From the human T2T-CHM13v2.0 reference genome, Homo sapiens, in NCBI RefSeq assembly GCF_009914755.1, contig NC_060925.1: a DNA stretch of 64,000 nt, one strand, 5' to 3'. The position numbers and the translations under genes were made by a program. The number at the start of each line of letters is the position of its first letter. Positions within the stretch are counted from its first letter, which is position 1. Under the pieces are notes generated by a model, which was not told where the DNA came from, made no database searches, and saw nothing but the letters and a program-made list of their open reading frames with translations. Positions 1-15,110 of this stretch are shown here, piece after piece.

Positions 1-587
1 ATGAGGGAAGGATAAGAGGTGGGTCACCATCACTGAAGAGTCTGGGTGAACTGGGGTACTAGCTCCCAGGCTGGAGGTGGCCTCTGACAGACATGGCCTC
101 TGAGGAGTGTAGCACCAAACACGGACCCAAAAGCACCCCTCAGAAAAGGAAAGGGATGAAGGGGTCATTTGCCTGTTTTACACATTTATCCAGATCAGGA
201 CCTGGAAGGGAAGACCTCCTTCACTGTTGCTGAGACTGCGAGCTCTTGGAAGACGGTGACTGTCTTTTTGTCTCTCTCTCTCCCCAGAACTCAGCAGAGT
301 AACCCATGACTTGTTTGACTGAACAGAGTGCCCATGGGTTCAGTGCTCTGCTCTAGTCTCCACCTGCCAGTTTCCTTCTGACACTGCTATGAGCAACCCC
401 CATATTTATGCAGATGAGTGCTCCATAACTCCACTTCTCTTCAATAAGAAGAAAGAGCAACACCGCTAACAACTTATTGTTGGTGGTGAGACTTTGGGCA
501 AATTAATGAGCTCTCTGTTTATTCATTGATAAAATGTAGAGAATGCCCCTGGCTTCCCACACTTGTGGTGAGGACTCAGTAAGGTTC

Positions 588-791
588 TTGTGGACTGATT
601 GTGTCCCTCTCTAAATTCCCCAATTCACACACTGAAGCTCTAATCTCCAGTGTGATTGTTTTTGGAGTTAGGCCCTATATGGAGGTAATCAAATTAACAG
701 AGGTCATGAGAGTGGGGCCTTAATCCAACAGGACTAATATTCTTATAAAATGGGGAAGAAACAGGATACCAGAGATCTCTATCTCTCTCCC

Positions 792-835
<44 letters not shown>

Positions 836-1052
836 CTCTCTCTCTTTCCCAGTTGTACACAGAAGAAAGCCCATATGAGGACACAGCAAGAAGGTGGCTG
901 TCTTCAAGCCAAGAAGAGAGGCCTCATCAGAGATGGAATGTTCCTGCACTTCGGTCTGGATTTCTAGTGTCCAGAACTGTGAGAAAATAAATTTCTGTTG
1001 TTTAAGCCACCTGGTCTGTGGTATTTTGTTATGACAGGCCTAGCAAACTAAC
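588..1052 (+). mobile_element. MaLR solo LTR, MLT1A-like, with internal (CT)n tract at ~796-845
   Basis: Typical MLT1 motifs: 'ccagaactgtgagaaaataaatttctgttgtttaagccacc...gtattttgttat'. Confidence 0.8.
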
Positions 1053-1760
1053 GTAAAATGCTTTGGTACAGCAGCAGGCACAAGGTAGAGATTCATTAAT
1101 TGTAATAATACCATATAAATAATTATTGATAATGGCACTATCAATAATTGCCATTGTTATTGCTTCTAATAAAACACCCACCCTTCTGGGGGAGAGAGGA
1201 AGAATTTTGGAAACTCCAGTAACAAACAGTCTGCAAATCCACTTTGAGCTTCTGATGAGAAATTGAGGGCACTCGAAAGAAATAAATCACATTCACTGAA
1301 ATTTTCTGATCCTATTTCTGTACATATGTCATGATAATTTGTGTCAAGTAATATGACAGCATCTTTCCTCTGAGGGACTTAATGTGCTTATGCCAACTAC
1401 TTATCCATCAGGCAAATGTTTACATTCTGAGGATGAACTAAGGGAATGTCTTAGATAGCTGGGAGCCTGAGGCTAGGACTGTGCACTGAGGGGCACTAAT
1501 AAAATCAGATAATCAAATTTCTTCCACCTTCTCTGTGGTTTAGGCTGTGCAGTCTGGAAGCAGGCCAGGTGGTTGGTTTTAGGAATCACAGGGTTGAGCT
1601 TACAGTACAAGACAGATTTTACTTCAAGTCTAAGTTAGCCTTGACTAATGATTGTTCCATCACTTTTAGATGTCCAGCTAACTCACTTACAGGCACATCA
1701 GGAAGAGGGACCTCTCAAGACTGTTTTCTCACCAAAACTCTGAGGTTCTGGTTTCATAAC

Positions 1761-2112
1761 TGTATTAGTCCATTTTCACGCTGCTGATAAAGACATAGCC
1801 AAGACTGGACAATTTACAAAAGAAAGAGGTTTAATTGGACTTACCGTTCCACATGGCTGGGGAAGCCTCACAATCATGGTGGAAGGCAAGGAGGAGCAAG
1901 TCACATCTTATATGGATGGCAGCAGGCAAAAAGTGAGAGAGTTTGTGCAGGAAAACTCCCCCTTATAATAACCATCAGCTCTCGTGAGACTATCATGATA
2001 ACAGCACGAGAAAGACCTGCCCCCATGATTCAGTTACCTCCCACTAGGTCCCTCCCACAACACGTGGGAATTCAAGATGAGATTTGGGTGGGGACACAGC
2101 CAAACCATATTA
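1761..2112 (-). mobile_element. THE1 (THE1B/C-like) solo LTR
   Basis: Begins tgtattagtccattttcacgctgctgataaagacat and ends gggacacagccaaaccatat; 5-bp TSD ATAAC at 1756-1760 and 2113-2117. Confidence 0.9.
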
Positions 2113-2704
2113 ATAACATTCACATTCTTTCTGGACACCCAATCAAGCCCTCCACATGGACCTGTGGGCTGCAGACTCTTGCAGACAGATCAGGGAGGAG
2201 GGCAGAAAAGGCCTCTCAGCAACTGCAGTTCTTTGTGCCTGCATTTCCAATTCAGATGAATGCATTAGAAATGGTCCTAAAATGTATTTGAAAAAAACAG
2301 AACCATCTAAGATCATTGGTCAGAGCTCCAAATGGTTTATAAAGAGGGGGAACAATATGCTGACTTCTGAAAAATGGGAAGGGGGTTACATTGGCTTGAT
2401 TGAAACCAGTTGAAGGAGGTTTTTTGTGTTTTTCCCCCAAGTTTTTCTTGACTAATGATTGTTCAGGTCTTTAAATCAGTGTTGTCCAACTGTCCCCAAA
2501 GACTACATAAGGCACAGTTGAAATCTGTATTGTCCCTTGCTGTTACTGCCTCTCCGCTGCCCTTAACTCACAGGATGAGGTATTATAGGTTATAGAATCC
2601 CTTGCTTTTTATTCCTTTATCACAGATGGATGAAGTGCTCAAATCTGAATCATTAAACCGACTTCTTTTGTACCTCTCAGACTGTTCACTGATTTAACGT
2701 TGTT

Positions 2705-2830
2705 TTAATGTATTCATTAGATTCAAACATTTACTGAACACTCACCATGTGCCAGGCCCTCTTAAAGGCACGGGAGATGCTAAGGCAAATGAGACACAGA
2801 TCCTGCCTCCAAGGGCTCCAGTGTAGTGGA
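2705..2830 (-). mobile_element. L2 3' fragment
   Basis: attcaaacatttactgaacactcaccatgtgccaggc resembles the L2 3' end. Confidence 0.55.
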
Positions 2831-5486
2831 AGGGCAGAGAAATAGTTACTAACATATGGCAATGGAGGAGGGCAAGGAATGGAGAAAGGCTTTAAAGGGT
2901 GCACCAGGGACCTGGAGGTGACCTTCCAGGAGGGAAGAAAAAGACAGGAGCATTAGGAGGGAGAAAATTTAATTGGGAAAAAGAAGCAGCCAGCAGGTTG
3001 TTTTGAGAGAATCAATCTTTTGCTGTATGGCTGAAGGCAGCTGGTGATGTTGGTATTGATGAATTGCATGACATAATTATTTGGCACAGAAAGAAAAAAA
3101 GAAGGGAAGAAAGGAAAGAAAGAAGGGGAGGGAGGGAGGAAGTCACCTTCTATACTTGAGAAAATATCATCAATGAATCCATCTGCTTCTGTTCCATAAT
3201 TCCAACCCCTTCTCTCAGGAGGAGCTGAGAGATTGGTCTATTAGAGGTTCTCTTTGGCTTCCATAAAATCTAACAAAAATACCCCACCAAGTTTATTGCT
3301 CTCCTTGTTTCTCGGAAGACTGGAGAATGGACTTGCCTTGGACCAAACCCTCGAGTGCACTGACTTAGGAAAGGCAATGGAAATAGATGTCTTTTGTTAC
3401 AAGGGTGATATTAAGATTGATAAAATTAAATATATATTATTATCTGGTTTGAACATATAGTTAATTAGCATGTAGCTTTGAATTTGTTATGTTGGTGGCC
3501 AAACCTGTTAGAAACAGGTTGGAATGCTATTCTAATTGCCTGATTCTAAAAGTAGGTTTCCAGAGATGGGTCCTAGCATATAGCTACACAAATGTAGTAC
3601 TGCCCACAAGGAAAATGGAGGTGAGGGGCAGGAGAAAGATGTAGTAGCTACTGAATTAAAGCTCAGTTTAAGGACTACTTTTCAAATGAATTGGGGGCCA
3701 GTAGTAAAGTGCGTATGGTGGCCAACTGAACCAGAGGAAGGGGAACGGGGGGCAAGAATTCTTCCTGAGAGCACCTGTGCCCTTCCAGAGCTGTGTTCTT
3801 CTGAATTTTCTCCTCTCCTTTCAGTAATTAATTGGGCTTAATTAATAGGATTTGGTTGATTTTATCTGCAAATCTCTTTTGTACATATCTGAAGACCTAA
3901 ACAGTGGTGGTAAAAAAATTGACTCAAACTTTTTCAGTCCAGAGACCAGATGACTGAAATCATGTCTTACTCATCTTTGCAACCTGAGCACCCAGAGTAG
4001 ATACTCCATATGTTCATTATGTAAATTAATAAGCTTCTTCACTGTACCTCATTTTACCCTAGAAAACCTATTTCTTCAACAAATGTTTACTAATTATCTA
4101 CTTTTGCCGGGTGCTGAGTCAGGCACTAGGGATATGAGTGGGCAAGAGAGAAAAGACCCTTCCTCCTGGAGTTTGCTGCCCATAAGGAAAGACAATAATT
4201 AAATTAAGCATTACAAGAAATTATGATATCATCACAATATGGCAAGTGAATGCTAATAGAGCCAATACCAAGGGGCCACATTTGTTGGAGAGGTGGCTCA
4301 AGGGACACCTCCTTGTGCAAGTGACTCAAATTAAGTTAGCACTCTCAGCTCTAGTGGTGCTGATAATCTATCTGGAGAAAAAAAGAATATCATGCATGCA
4401 AAAGTAAGAAAGAGTACAGTGTAGGACACTCTAGGTTCAGTGTTAGATTATGGATTATAGAGGGTAGAAAGGGGTGATATCAAAAAGGGTTTATGTAGGC
4501 TCAGAAGTTTGCAGGAGGAAGGAGCACTTGGACTGTCCTTGGAAGATGGGTAGAAGAGTGGAATAGAACAAGGGAGGAAAGACAGAAATAAGAATCCCAC
4601 ACAACGGGGGAAGTGAAGCCTCAATGGGTAGTGGCAGGAGACAGGCTGAAATCATGCAAGACCTGGTAAGTCAGTGGAAATGAAAGTGTAAGTGCAGTTC
4701 TATTATCATTATTATTCTTAATAATGTGATAAAAGCTACTGTACACCAAGTCCTAGTCTGGGTTAGGTGCTGGGTAGAAAATGTTAAACAAAAGGTCTAC
4801 AATTCATTCTTTTTTGCTACCAAAGGGAAGTCCATGGGAAAGAAGGAAGGAAGGTAACTTAATCAAATCTTCACATGAACATACTAATGACAGGCCTCCA
4901 GATAAACACATTAATGATATTTGCTAGTGCAGGGTCCTTATCTATAGAATTCTTTTTAAAGGAGGTACCTGATCTGCCTGGGTTGCTCATTTGTAACAAA
5001 TCTGAATCTATGCCTGTATTGGGTATGGGTTCTGAGAAAAGGTCAGGTCAATTATATAACTATCTAAGTATAATATGAAGATATTTATTGATGGTTCTTT
5101 TCTGTGTAGGTGATGTGCCACATACATGGCTTGAAGATCTTCTGTGTTAATCTGGGGAAGAATATCTTGATGTGGCATGGAAGGACTCAGGACACTGCAT
5201 GGGTCCTAAGCCACTCCCTGCTTCATTTGTAATTGCTTGTTTTATTGAAATTATTAGCAAAGTGTGATACTGGGTAAGATCTCTATTATGTGAATCCACT
5301 TTGATAATCTGATCTTTTTGTGTTATGTTAGGTACTTTACTTAATATATTGTCTCACATCAACCCTACAAGGTAAGTGCCCAGAGAAATGAGTTAATGTG
5401 TCTAATATCACAGTGAGGAAGCAGCAGACTCCTAATTTAAACCCAGGTCAAACTCTGTGCTCTTCCCGCTACTCCATATCACCCAC

Positions 5487-5877
5487 TGATATGGTTTGCC
5501 TCTGTGTCCCCACCCAAATCTCATTTTGAGTTGTAATTCCCAGTGTTGGAGGAGTGAACTGATGGGAGGTGATTGGATCATGGGGGCAGATTTCCCCCTT
5601 GCTGTTCTCATGACAGTGAGTGAGTTCCCACAAGATCTGATGGGGTTTAAAAGTGTGTGTGTGGCACTTCCCCCTTTGCTGTCTCTCTCTCTCTCCTTCT
5701 CCTCCATGTTAAGATCTGCTTGCTTCCTCTTAGCCTTCTGCCATGATTGTAAGTTTCCTGAGGCCTCCCAGTCATGCTTCCTGTTAAAACTGCAGAACTG
5801 AGTCTGTTAAACCTCTTTTCTTCATAAATTACCCAGTTTCAGGTAGTTCTAGAGCAGTGTGAGAATGAGCTAATACA
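5487..5877 (+). mobile_element. MST (MSTA-like) solo LTR
   Basis: tgatatggtttg...ctaataca termini; 5-bp TSD CCCAC at 5482-5486 and 5878-5882. Confidence 0.9.
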
Positions 5878-6022
5878 CCCACTTTAAAAAACATGTATAA
5901 AACAGAATAGAGCCTTGGGCCCCAGGAAGGCCCTAAGGACCATCAAGACCCACACAAGCCCTTTGAGGACCACTTACCGAAAGAACAGCTTTAATGAGAA
6001 AAGGCTTTCTGGTATAAAACTT

Positions 6023-6328
<306 letters not shown>

Positions 6329-7191
6329 TTATGTGAGACCCAAAAGGTAGTTCTTTTGTCACATTTTCCATGGAAATTCATTTTCACCAGAGGCAAATGC
6401 TTATATCTCCACTGGGAGTCTGCAACTCATAGAGTTTGTGTACTATCAGGGGAATAATAATACATTCTTTGAATGCAGAGAGAATAGCCAAAAGACTGCA
6501 CTTGATCAGAATCAGATGATATGAATTGAAGTTTCTAATTCTATTTTTAGCCCTAAAGCAAGCTGAGCCTTGTGGGAAGGTTTACCAATCCCTGATGGGT
6601 GGGATCAGCCATATTTCACAGGGGCTTCCATTTTATAAGGATATTTGTATGCATTCATTCATGGCTCTGAGTTTTTTTACATGGTCCTTTGCAAAGCATT
6701 AAGATCAGCTTCTTGTCAGGGAACTTGAGGATCCATGAAAAAAGTAAATAAATAAAAAACAAAAACTAGTATGTGAGCATGAGGAAGGAGGTAGGTCATG
6801 CTAAGGAATACATCTCTTCTTTTCTGCAAATATAAGTGGTTTAATTCTAGTTGCCTTGGGTTAAGGAGTCCCATTCCTCGGGGACAGCTGCCTAGCACAG
6901 TGCCTTAGTTCCTGTTTAAAGTGCCACAGGACATGTATAGCTGAGATGTGACAGATTGCCCCTGCCTGGACCTCTCTCTCAGGGCTGCCAGCATCTTTAA
7001 TGGACAGATGGAGCTGTCTTCCCTTTCTTGGCTGTGGCTGTCTGATCAACTTTGGAGATAGCAGTCAAACTTCTAGTTAATAAAAGTGCTTAATAAGTAT
7101 TCAAATTGTAATATCCCCAGAAAGATGGTTACCTTGGTAGAAAAACCTTCTGATAAAAGAGTACCAGAATCTCTATTTCAAGAATCAAAGT

Positions 7192-7545
<354 letters not shown>

Positions 7546-8749
7546 TTAACTTGTGTCTTTACAAGAAAAGTAAAAAGCTTAGCTGTGGATTACGAAACCT
7601 ATAGAGCTGAGTTGAGAAAAACAAGGTTCTGGTGTAGACCTTGGGTTTCTCTTTGGACCGCCTGATCCTTTTCTTAGCCTATGCTGTTGGTATCCTTCTC
7701 CAGTCTCCACCGGATAGTGCTTGCTTGCTTCTGGGCCCTTATCATCTTCAGAGTCCTCCATCTTTGTTTATACTCTTACCCAATATTCCCTTTATATACA
7801 ACCTCTCTCCATTACAAAGGAGAATCTGATTCTCTCCAATACATGGCAAAATACTGGCTATTTACTTCATTACTATCAGCTTATTTCCTGATGATCCTGT
7901 GTCTTCTCAAACCCAGTGCTAGATGTTCTTTTTTGGTTTTGCACCCTGCTCTTTGTATTCTTTCTTTTGCCTATCATACAGTGAAGAAAAAGGGAAGTAA
8001 ACACCTTTGTCTTTTGGAGGCAAGAATAAACTCCAGCTGAATATAGACTCCTGGCAATGCATCACAAAGCTATTTCTGTACTACCATAGTCTGTCTACTG
8101 TAATGATCTTGGCTACAAGTAAACACAATACCCAACTAAAAGTGGCTGAAACAATGAGGGGTCTATTTTCTGAGGGTGGTTAATACAGCACAAAAGTTGC
8201 TACAATTCTTGATGAATTGATCTGTTCTCCTTTAGTTTCTCACCGTGGGTGAAGATGGCCGCCTAAGCCATCTTTGGCCGAACATTATGTCTTCACACAA
8301 CTACATCCAAAGGAAGACAGGGAAAGAGTCCATCCCATTAGAGTGCTCTTTCTCTTTTTTAAAAAATAGGGAGGAAAAGTTTTCTAAGAATATACCCCCT
8401 AGCAGATTTTTTCTTAGGTACCACGGGCCAGGAGAGGGCCCTGTGCCTGTGCTCTACCTTCAGTGAAGCTGGGAAAAGTGATGAAGTTGGGAAAAGTGAG
8501 TGATTGGCTTCTATGGTGGAAGTGGACTTTATGTGTAAAGAAGGAAGAGGAGAAAAGCTGTGGGGTAGTCAACCACAGCCATTGAATACCTTCCTGAAGT
8601 GCAGCAGTCCAGGAATAGATTATATTTAATCATTTCACATTGCCATCACATGGACCACACCTACAGTTAATATGGAGTCGTAGAAGAAAAAGAGACCTCA
8701 AGAGTTCACCTCTACTCCTCTGTGGATAGATGGTTGGCTACCACAAGCT

Positions 8750-9035
8750 TTCTTTTTTAATTGTAAAATATACATAACAAAATGTAAAATTTTATCCATT
8801 TTTATGTGTACAGTTCAGTGGCATTGCATACATTTATATTGTTGTGAAACCATCACCTTCATTCATCTTCAGAACTAGTTTCTCTTCCCAAAATTAAACT
8901 CTGTATCCATTAAAGAATGGATACAGATCCCACTGTCCTCTCCTCCCAGCCCCTGGCAACCACCAGGGCTACTTTCAGTCTCTGTGAATTTGACTGCTCT
9001 AGATATCTCATATAAGTACAATCATATACTATCTG
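8750..9035 (-). mobile_element. Old L1M (L1MB-like) 3' end fragment
   Basis: tgtacagttcagtggcatt...ccctggcaaccacc...gatatctcatataagt pattern. Confidence 0.7.
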
Positions 9036-9284
9036 TTCATCTAGCTTAATTTAAAGATATTTGGTCACCCCTCTTAAAGTGCCCTTCATCTTCCTCCACC
9101 TTCTCTTCCTCCTCTCCTCTTCTCAAAATCCTTTCCATCCTTCAATGCTCAACACCAAGATTTTCAGTTCCTCCAGCCCATGAGGCTCTCTCCCTATTCT
9201 GGACTCAGAGTGTTCTGTGTACTTGACTTTCCCACTTTCTTGACCTTATGTACACTGTCTTATGCCGTATCTTGAGTTATTATC

Positions 9285-11679
9285 TTTTACTTTTAACTTT
9301 TATTTTAGGTTCAGAGGTACATGTGAAGGTTTATTACATAGGTAAACTCATGGCATGGGGGTTTGTTGTATAGATTATTTCATCACCCAGGTATTAAGCC
9401 CAGTACCAAATAGTTATCTTTTCTGCTCCACTCCCTCCTCCCCCTCTCCACCTTCAAGTAGACCCCAGTGTCTGTTGTTTCCTTATTTGTGTTCATAACT
9501 TCTCATCATTTAGCTTCCACTTGTAAGTGAGAACATGTGGTATTGGTGACTTTCTAGTCCTGCATTAGTTTGCTAAGGATAATAGCCTCCGGTTCTATCC
9601 ATGTTCCCGCAAAAGACATGATCTCATTATTTTTTTTATGGCTGCATAGTATTCCATGGTGTATATGTTCCACATTTTCATTATACAGTCTGTCATTGAA
9701 GGGCATTTAGGTGGATTCCATTTAGATCTTTGCTATCGTGAATAATGCTGCAATGAACATTCGCGTGCATATGTCTTTATGGTAGAATGATTTATATTCC
9801 TCTGGGTATATACCCAGTAATGGGATTGCTAGAAAATGGTAGTTCTGCTTTTAGCTCTTTGAGGAATCACCATACTGCCTTCTACAATGGTTGAACTGAT
9901 TTACACTTCCACCAACAGTGTATAAGTGTTCCATTTTCTCCGCAATCTTGCCTGCATCTGTTATTTGTTGACTTTTTAGTAATAACCATTCTGACTGGTG
10001 TAAGATAGTATCTCATTGTGTTTTTGATTTGCATTTCTTTAATGATCAGTGATATTGAGCTTTTTTCATATGCTTGTTGGTTGCATGTATGTCTTATTTT
10101 GAAAAGTGTCTGTTCATGTTCTTTGCCCACTTTTTAATGGGGTTGTTTGTTTTTCTCTTGTAAATTTAAGTTATAGATGCTGGATGTTAGACCTTTATCA
10201 GATGCATAGTTTGCAAATATTTTCTCTCATTCTGTAGGTTGTGTGTTTACTCTGTTGATAGTTTCTTTTGGTGTGCCGAAGCTCTTAAGTTTAATTAGAT
10301 CCCACTTGTCAATTTTTGCTTTTGTTGTGATTGCTTTCTGTGTCTTTGTCATAAAATGTTTGCCCAATCCTGTGTTCAAGATGGTATTGCCTAGGTTGTA
10401 TTCCAGTGTTTTTATAGTTTTGGGTTTTACATTTAAATATTTATTTCATCTTGAGTTAATTTTTGTATATGATGTAAGGAAGAGGTCCAGCTTCAGTCTT
10501 GTGCGTATGGCTAGCTAGTTATCCCAGCACCACTTACTGAATAGGGAGTCTTTTCTCCATTGCTTGCTCTTGTCAGCTTTGTTGAAGATCAGATGGTCAT
10601 AGGTGTGCAGCCTTTTTTCTGCCCTCACTATTCTATTCCATTAGTCTATGCTCCTGTTTTTGTATGAGTACCATGCTGTTTTGGTTACTGCAGTCCTATA
10701 GCAATAGTTTGAAGTCAGGTAATGTGATGCCTCCAGCTTTGTTCTTTTTGTTTAGGATTGCCTTGGGTATTAGGGCTCTTTTTTGGTTCCATATGAATTT
10801 TAAAATAGTTTTTTCTAGTTCTGTGAAGAATGTCATTGGCAGATTGATAGAAATAGTATTGAATCTGTACATTGCTTCGGGCAGTATGGCCATTTTAATG
10901 ATATTGATTCTTCCCATCCATGAGCATGGGATATTATTCCATTTGTTTGTGTCTTCTCTGATTTCTTGGAACAATGTTTTATAATTCTCATTGTAGAGAT
11001 CTTTTACCTTCCTGGTTAGCTGTATTTCTAGGTATTTTATTCTTTTTGTGGCAATTGTGAATGGGATTGCCTTTCTGATTTGGCTCTTGTCTTGGCTATT
11101 GTTGGTGTATAGAAATGCCAGTGATTTTTGTACACTGACTTTGTATCCTGAAACTTTACTGAAGTTGTTTGTCAGCTGAAGGAGATTTTAGGCTGAGACT
11201 GTGGGGTTTCTAGATACAGAATCATGTCATCTGCAGAGATAGTTTGGCTTCCTCTCCTCTTATTTAGATACCCTTTATTTCTTTCTCCTTCCTGATTGCT
11301 CTGGCCAGAACTTCTAATACCATGTTAAATGGGAGCAGTGAGAGATGGCATCCTTTTCTTGTGCTAGTTTTTAAGGGTGAATGCTTCCAGCTTTTGCCTA
11401 TTGAGTATAATATTGATTGTGGGTTTGTCATAGATGGCTCTTATTATTTTGAGGCATGTTTCTTCAATACCTAGCTTATAGAGAGTTTTTAACACGAGAG
11501 GGTGTTGAATTTTATCAAAAACCTTTTCGGCATCTGTTGAGATAATCATGTGGTTTTGTCTTTAGTTCTACTGTTTATGTGATGAATCACACTTATTGAT
11601 TTGTGTATGTCGAACCAACTTCACATCCCTGGGATGAAGCCAACTTGATTAGCTTTTTTTTGATGGGCTGCTGGATTGG
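9285..11679 (-). mobile_element. Old primate L1 (L1PA13-16-like): 3'UTR and 3' half of ORF2, non-inverted part of a 5'-inverted insertion
   Basis: ORF2 fragments in track ([17 protein letters not shown]..., ...[14 protein letters not shown]...) and L1 3'UTR. Confidence 0.92.
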
Positions 11680-12835
11680 ACCAAATGGATCTTATAGACC
11701 TCTACAGAACTCTCCACCCCAAAACAACAGAATATATACATTCTTATAATCACCAAATAGCACATACTCCAAAATTGACCACATAATTGGACATAAAAAA
11801 TCCTCAGCATATGCAAAAAAGAAAAAACTGAAACCATACCAAAAGCACTCTTAGACCACAGTGCAATAAAAATAGAAGTCAAGATGAAGGAAATCGCTCA
11901 AATATGTGCAATGACATGGAAATTAAGCAACATGCTCCTGAATGACTTTTGGATAAATAATGAAACTAAGGCAGAAGTCAAGTTCTTTGAAATTAATGAG
12001 AACAAAGATATAACATACCGGTATCTCCAGGACACACCTAAAGCAGTGTTAAGAGGGAAATTCATAGCAATAAATGCCACATCAAAAGATTAGAAATATC
12101 TCAAATTAGCAACCTAATAATCACAACTGAAAGAACTAGAGAAGCAAGAACAAATCAATCCCAGAGCTAGCAGAAGACAAGAAATCACCAAAATCGGAGC
12201 TGAACTGAAGGAAATTGAGACACCAAAAGCCATTTAAAAGATCAATGAATCCATGAGTTGTTTTTTGGAAAAAACATTAATAGTATAAATAGGCCACTAG
12301 CTAGACTAATTAAGAAGAAAAAGGAGAAGATCCAAATAAACACAATTAAAGGTGACAAAGGCAATGTTACCGCTGACCCCGCAGAAGTAAAAATGACCAT
12401 CAGAAACTACTACAAACACCTCTGTGCACATAAACTAGAAAAGCTAGAAGAGGTAAATAAATTCCTGGACACATACACCCTCCCAAGATTAAACCAAGAA
12501 GAAATTGATTGTCTGAACAGACCAATAATGAGCTCTGAAATTGAATCAGTAATAAATAACCTACCAACAACAACAAAAGCCCAGGACCTGATGATTTCAC
12601 AGCCAAATTCTACCAGATGTACAAAGAAGAGCTGGTACCATTCTTACAGAAATTATTCCAAAAAATTGAGGAGCAGGGACTCCTTCCTAACTCATTCTGA
12701 GGCCAGCATCATCCGGATACCAAAACTTGGCAGAGATACAACAAAAAAGAAACCTTCAGGCCGATATCCTTGATGAACATTGATGCAAAAATCCTCAACA
12801 AAATTCTTACAAACCAAATCCAACAGCACATCAAA
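11676..12835 (+). mobile_element. Inverted 5' segment of the same L1 (ORF2 endonuclease C-terminal/linker region)
   Basis: Plus-strand ORF2 fragments ([17 protein letters not shown]; [15 protein letters not shown]; [21 protein letters not shown]); degenerate TSD GAGTTATT at 9274 and 12837. Confidence 0.9.
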
Positions 12836-14008
12836 GGAGTTATTGTATTACCTATCCTTTGTGAGTACGTCTTATCTTTCCAACTAGATTGGGACCTCTT
12901 GGAGAGCATAGACTATATGCATCTTACTTTTCTTTCTGTCCTCCAAAACCCAAGCCTTCTACACAACGGTCACTCAGTAAATAGGTGTCAGGTTCCATTC
13001 TTTCTTTAGGAAATCTGCATAAATTACCTTTATAACGAAGATGTTTTGTCTTAAGTATGATCATGCTCTTTGGGGTCAAAACTTAAGTCATTTTGTTTCT
13101 TCTTTGATCTTCCCTAAGATGGAGAACAAATGTTCAGTGTCCTCCTTAAACCTGTAAATATACTAGAGGTAGGTTAATGTGTCACTTTAGCTTTCAGTTT
13201 TCTGGATTAAGCCAAGATAATGGGGCAGAACCATTATACTTACACAACACCTTTTCCTGAGAAATTCTTAATACTTCCTTTACATTAAGATCAGGTTTTT
13301 CCATGGTCACAAGTCAGCATAAGTTTGAGAATCCAGGGAAGATTATCTCTTCTGTAGAAAAAGTCTTGAGCCTCTGGCAAGCTTTTATTTTTTACAAAGA
13401 CTCACTTGGAGGCTGCTTAATATCTACTGAAACCCTGATGACTGACATACACACATACCCAATGCACACTCTATCCAAGGATTGTAATTTTGTATATTTA
13501 AAATTTTAAATTTAACAAGGGGTAGATGTGGCTTAGTCTTTCAGTATTGCTGATTAAGTGACTAAAGATTTTAGCAACTAGGAATTTGTAATGATGAAAT
13601 ATTGTTCTGTTAATACTAGCAAATTTAACTAAAGCAATTCTAAGGAATGGTGATTATGGATATATTCTAACCCACTTTACCCTTTTCAAAATGTAGTGAA
13701 AGGCATGAAACTCAAACTGCTAGGGAGGGCACGAAGAAGTTGGGGCTGCAGGCTGTATGCTTTTGTAAACACGTCCAGCTCCCTGCTCTGATGATGTGTC
13801 TGCAGGGTCATTTGGAGGAGTTGATATGAGGGAGCAGATGAATCTTCTCACTTAAAATATCCTGTAACGTCAAGAAAATCTATTTGAACCCCAGAAAGTT
13901 TATAAGCTAGTTGGATGTGTTAATTAATATTGGCTTGTTGAACTGGCTTGTTGAGGGGTGTCAGGAACCCTTCTTTCCTTATGAAGAACCATAGAAACAA
14001 CACAATGG

Positions 14009-14328
14009 GGCCAGGCATGGTGGCTCACATCTGTAATCCCAGCACTTTGGGAGGCCGAGGCGGGTGGATCACCTTTGGTCAGGAGTTCGAGACCAGTCTG
14101 GCCAACATGGTGAAAACCCATCTCTACTAAAAATACAAAAAAATTAGCTAGGCGTGGTGGTGAGTGCCTGTAATCCCAGCTACTTGGGAGACTGAGGCAG
14201 GAGAATCACTCGAACCCCGGGAGGTGGAGGTTGCAGTGAGCCGAGATCGCGCCATTGCACTCCAGCCTGGGCAACAAAAGAGAAACTCCATCTCAAAAAA
14301 AAAAAAAAAAAAAAAAAGAAAGGAAAAA
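14009..14328 (+). mobile_element. AluS
   Basis: Dimeric Alu, long A tail; TSD agaaacaacacaatgg / agaaataacacattgg. Confidence 0.95.
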
Positions 14329-14792
14329 AGAAATAACACATTGGTTGGGTGAATGGAGGATTACACCCAAGGCACCTGGGAGGGAAACTCTGTTTATTTC
14401 TTGAGATTTCCCTTTGGTTTGATTGTGTTTTTAAAGGATTGGGAAAAATTAAGAAATATTAAACCTGCTTCAGATTGGTTTATCAAACACTCACATAGTA
14501 ATATAATAATTGTAAGGACAATAATTTCTAGTTTGTATAAAATAGTTTTTATTGGATTCCTAATGTCCAAGTTCGGAGGGGCTGGTAAGCATTCTGGTAG
14601 GAAAGAGTCATTTCATCAATTAGAAGAAAGAGCGTCTTGGGACATATGGCATTTGGAAGTGAAGTATTTGATCCTAGAGTTTTGGCTGGCCATAAAGGAA
14701 AGCTTGTATAAGCAAAAAAGAAAATATGTTTTCTTGGTGAGAAAACAGAGTAGAAGGGACATTTGCAGTAGGAAATAAGGATGGTAAGAAGA

Positions 14793-15110
<318 letters not shown>

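Noticed and set aside
8462-13955. Short imperfect tandem duplications (~8463-8500, ~13931-13954)
   Set aside because: Ordinary slippage products; no spacer-repeat periodicity, so not CRISPR-like.
14353-14778. 141-aa ORF between two Alus
   Set aside because: No recognisable domain, AT-rich composition, no splice or promoter support.
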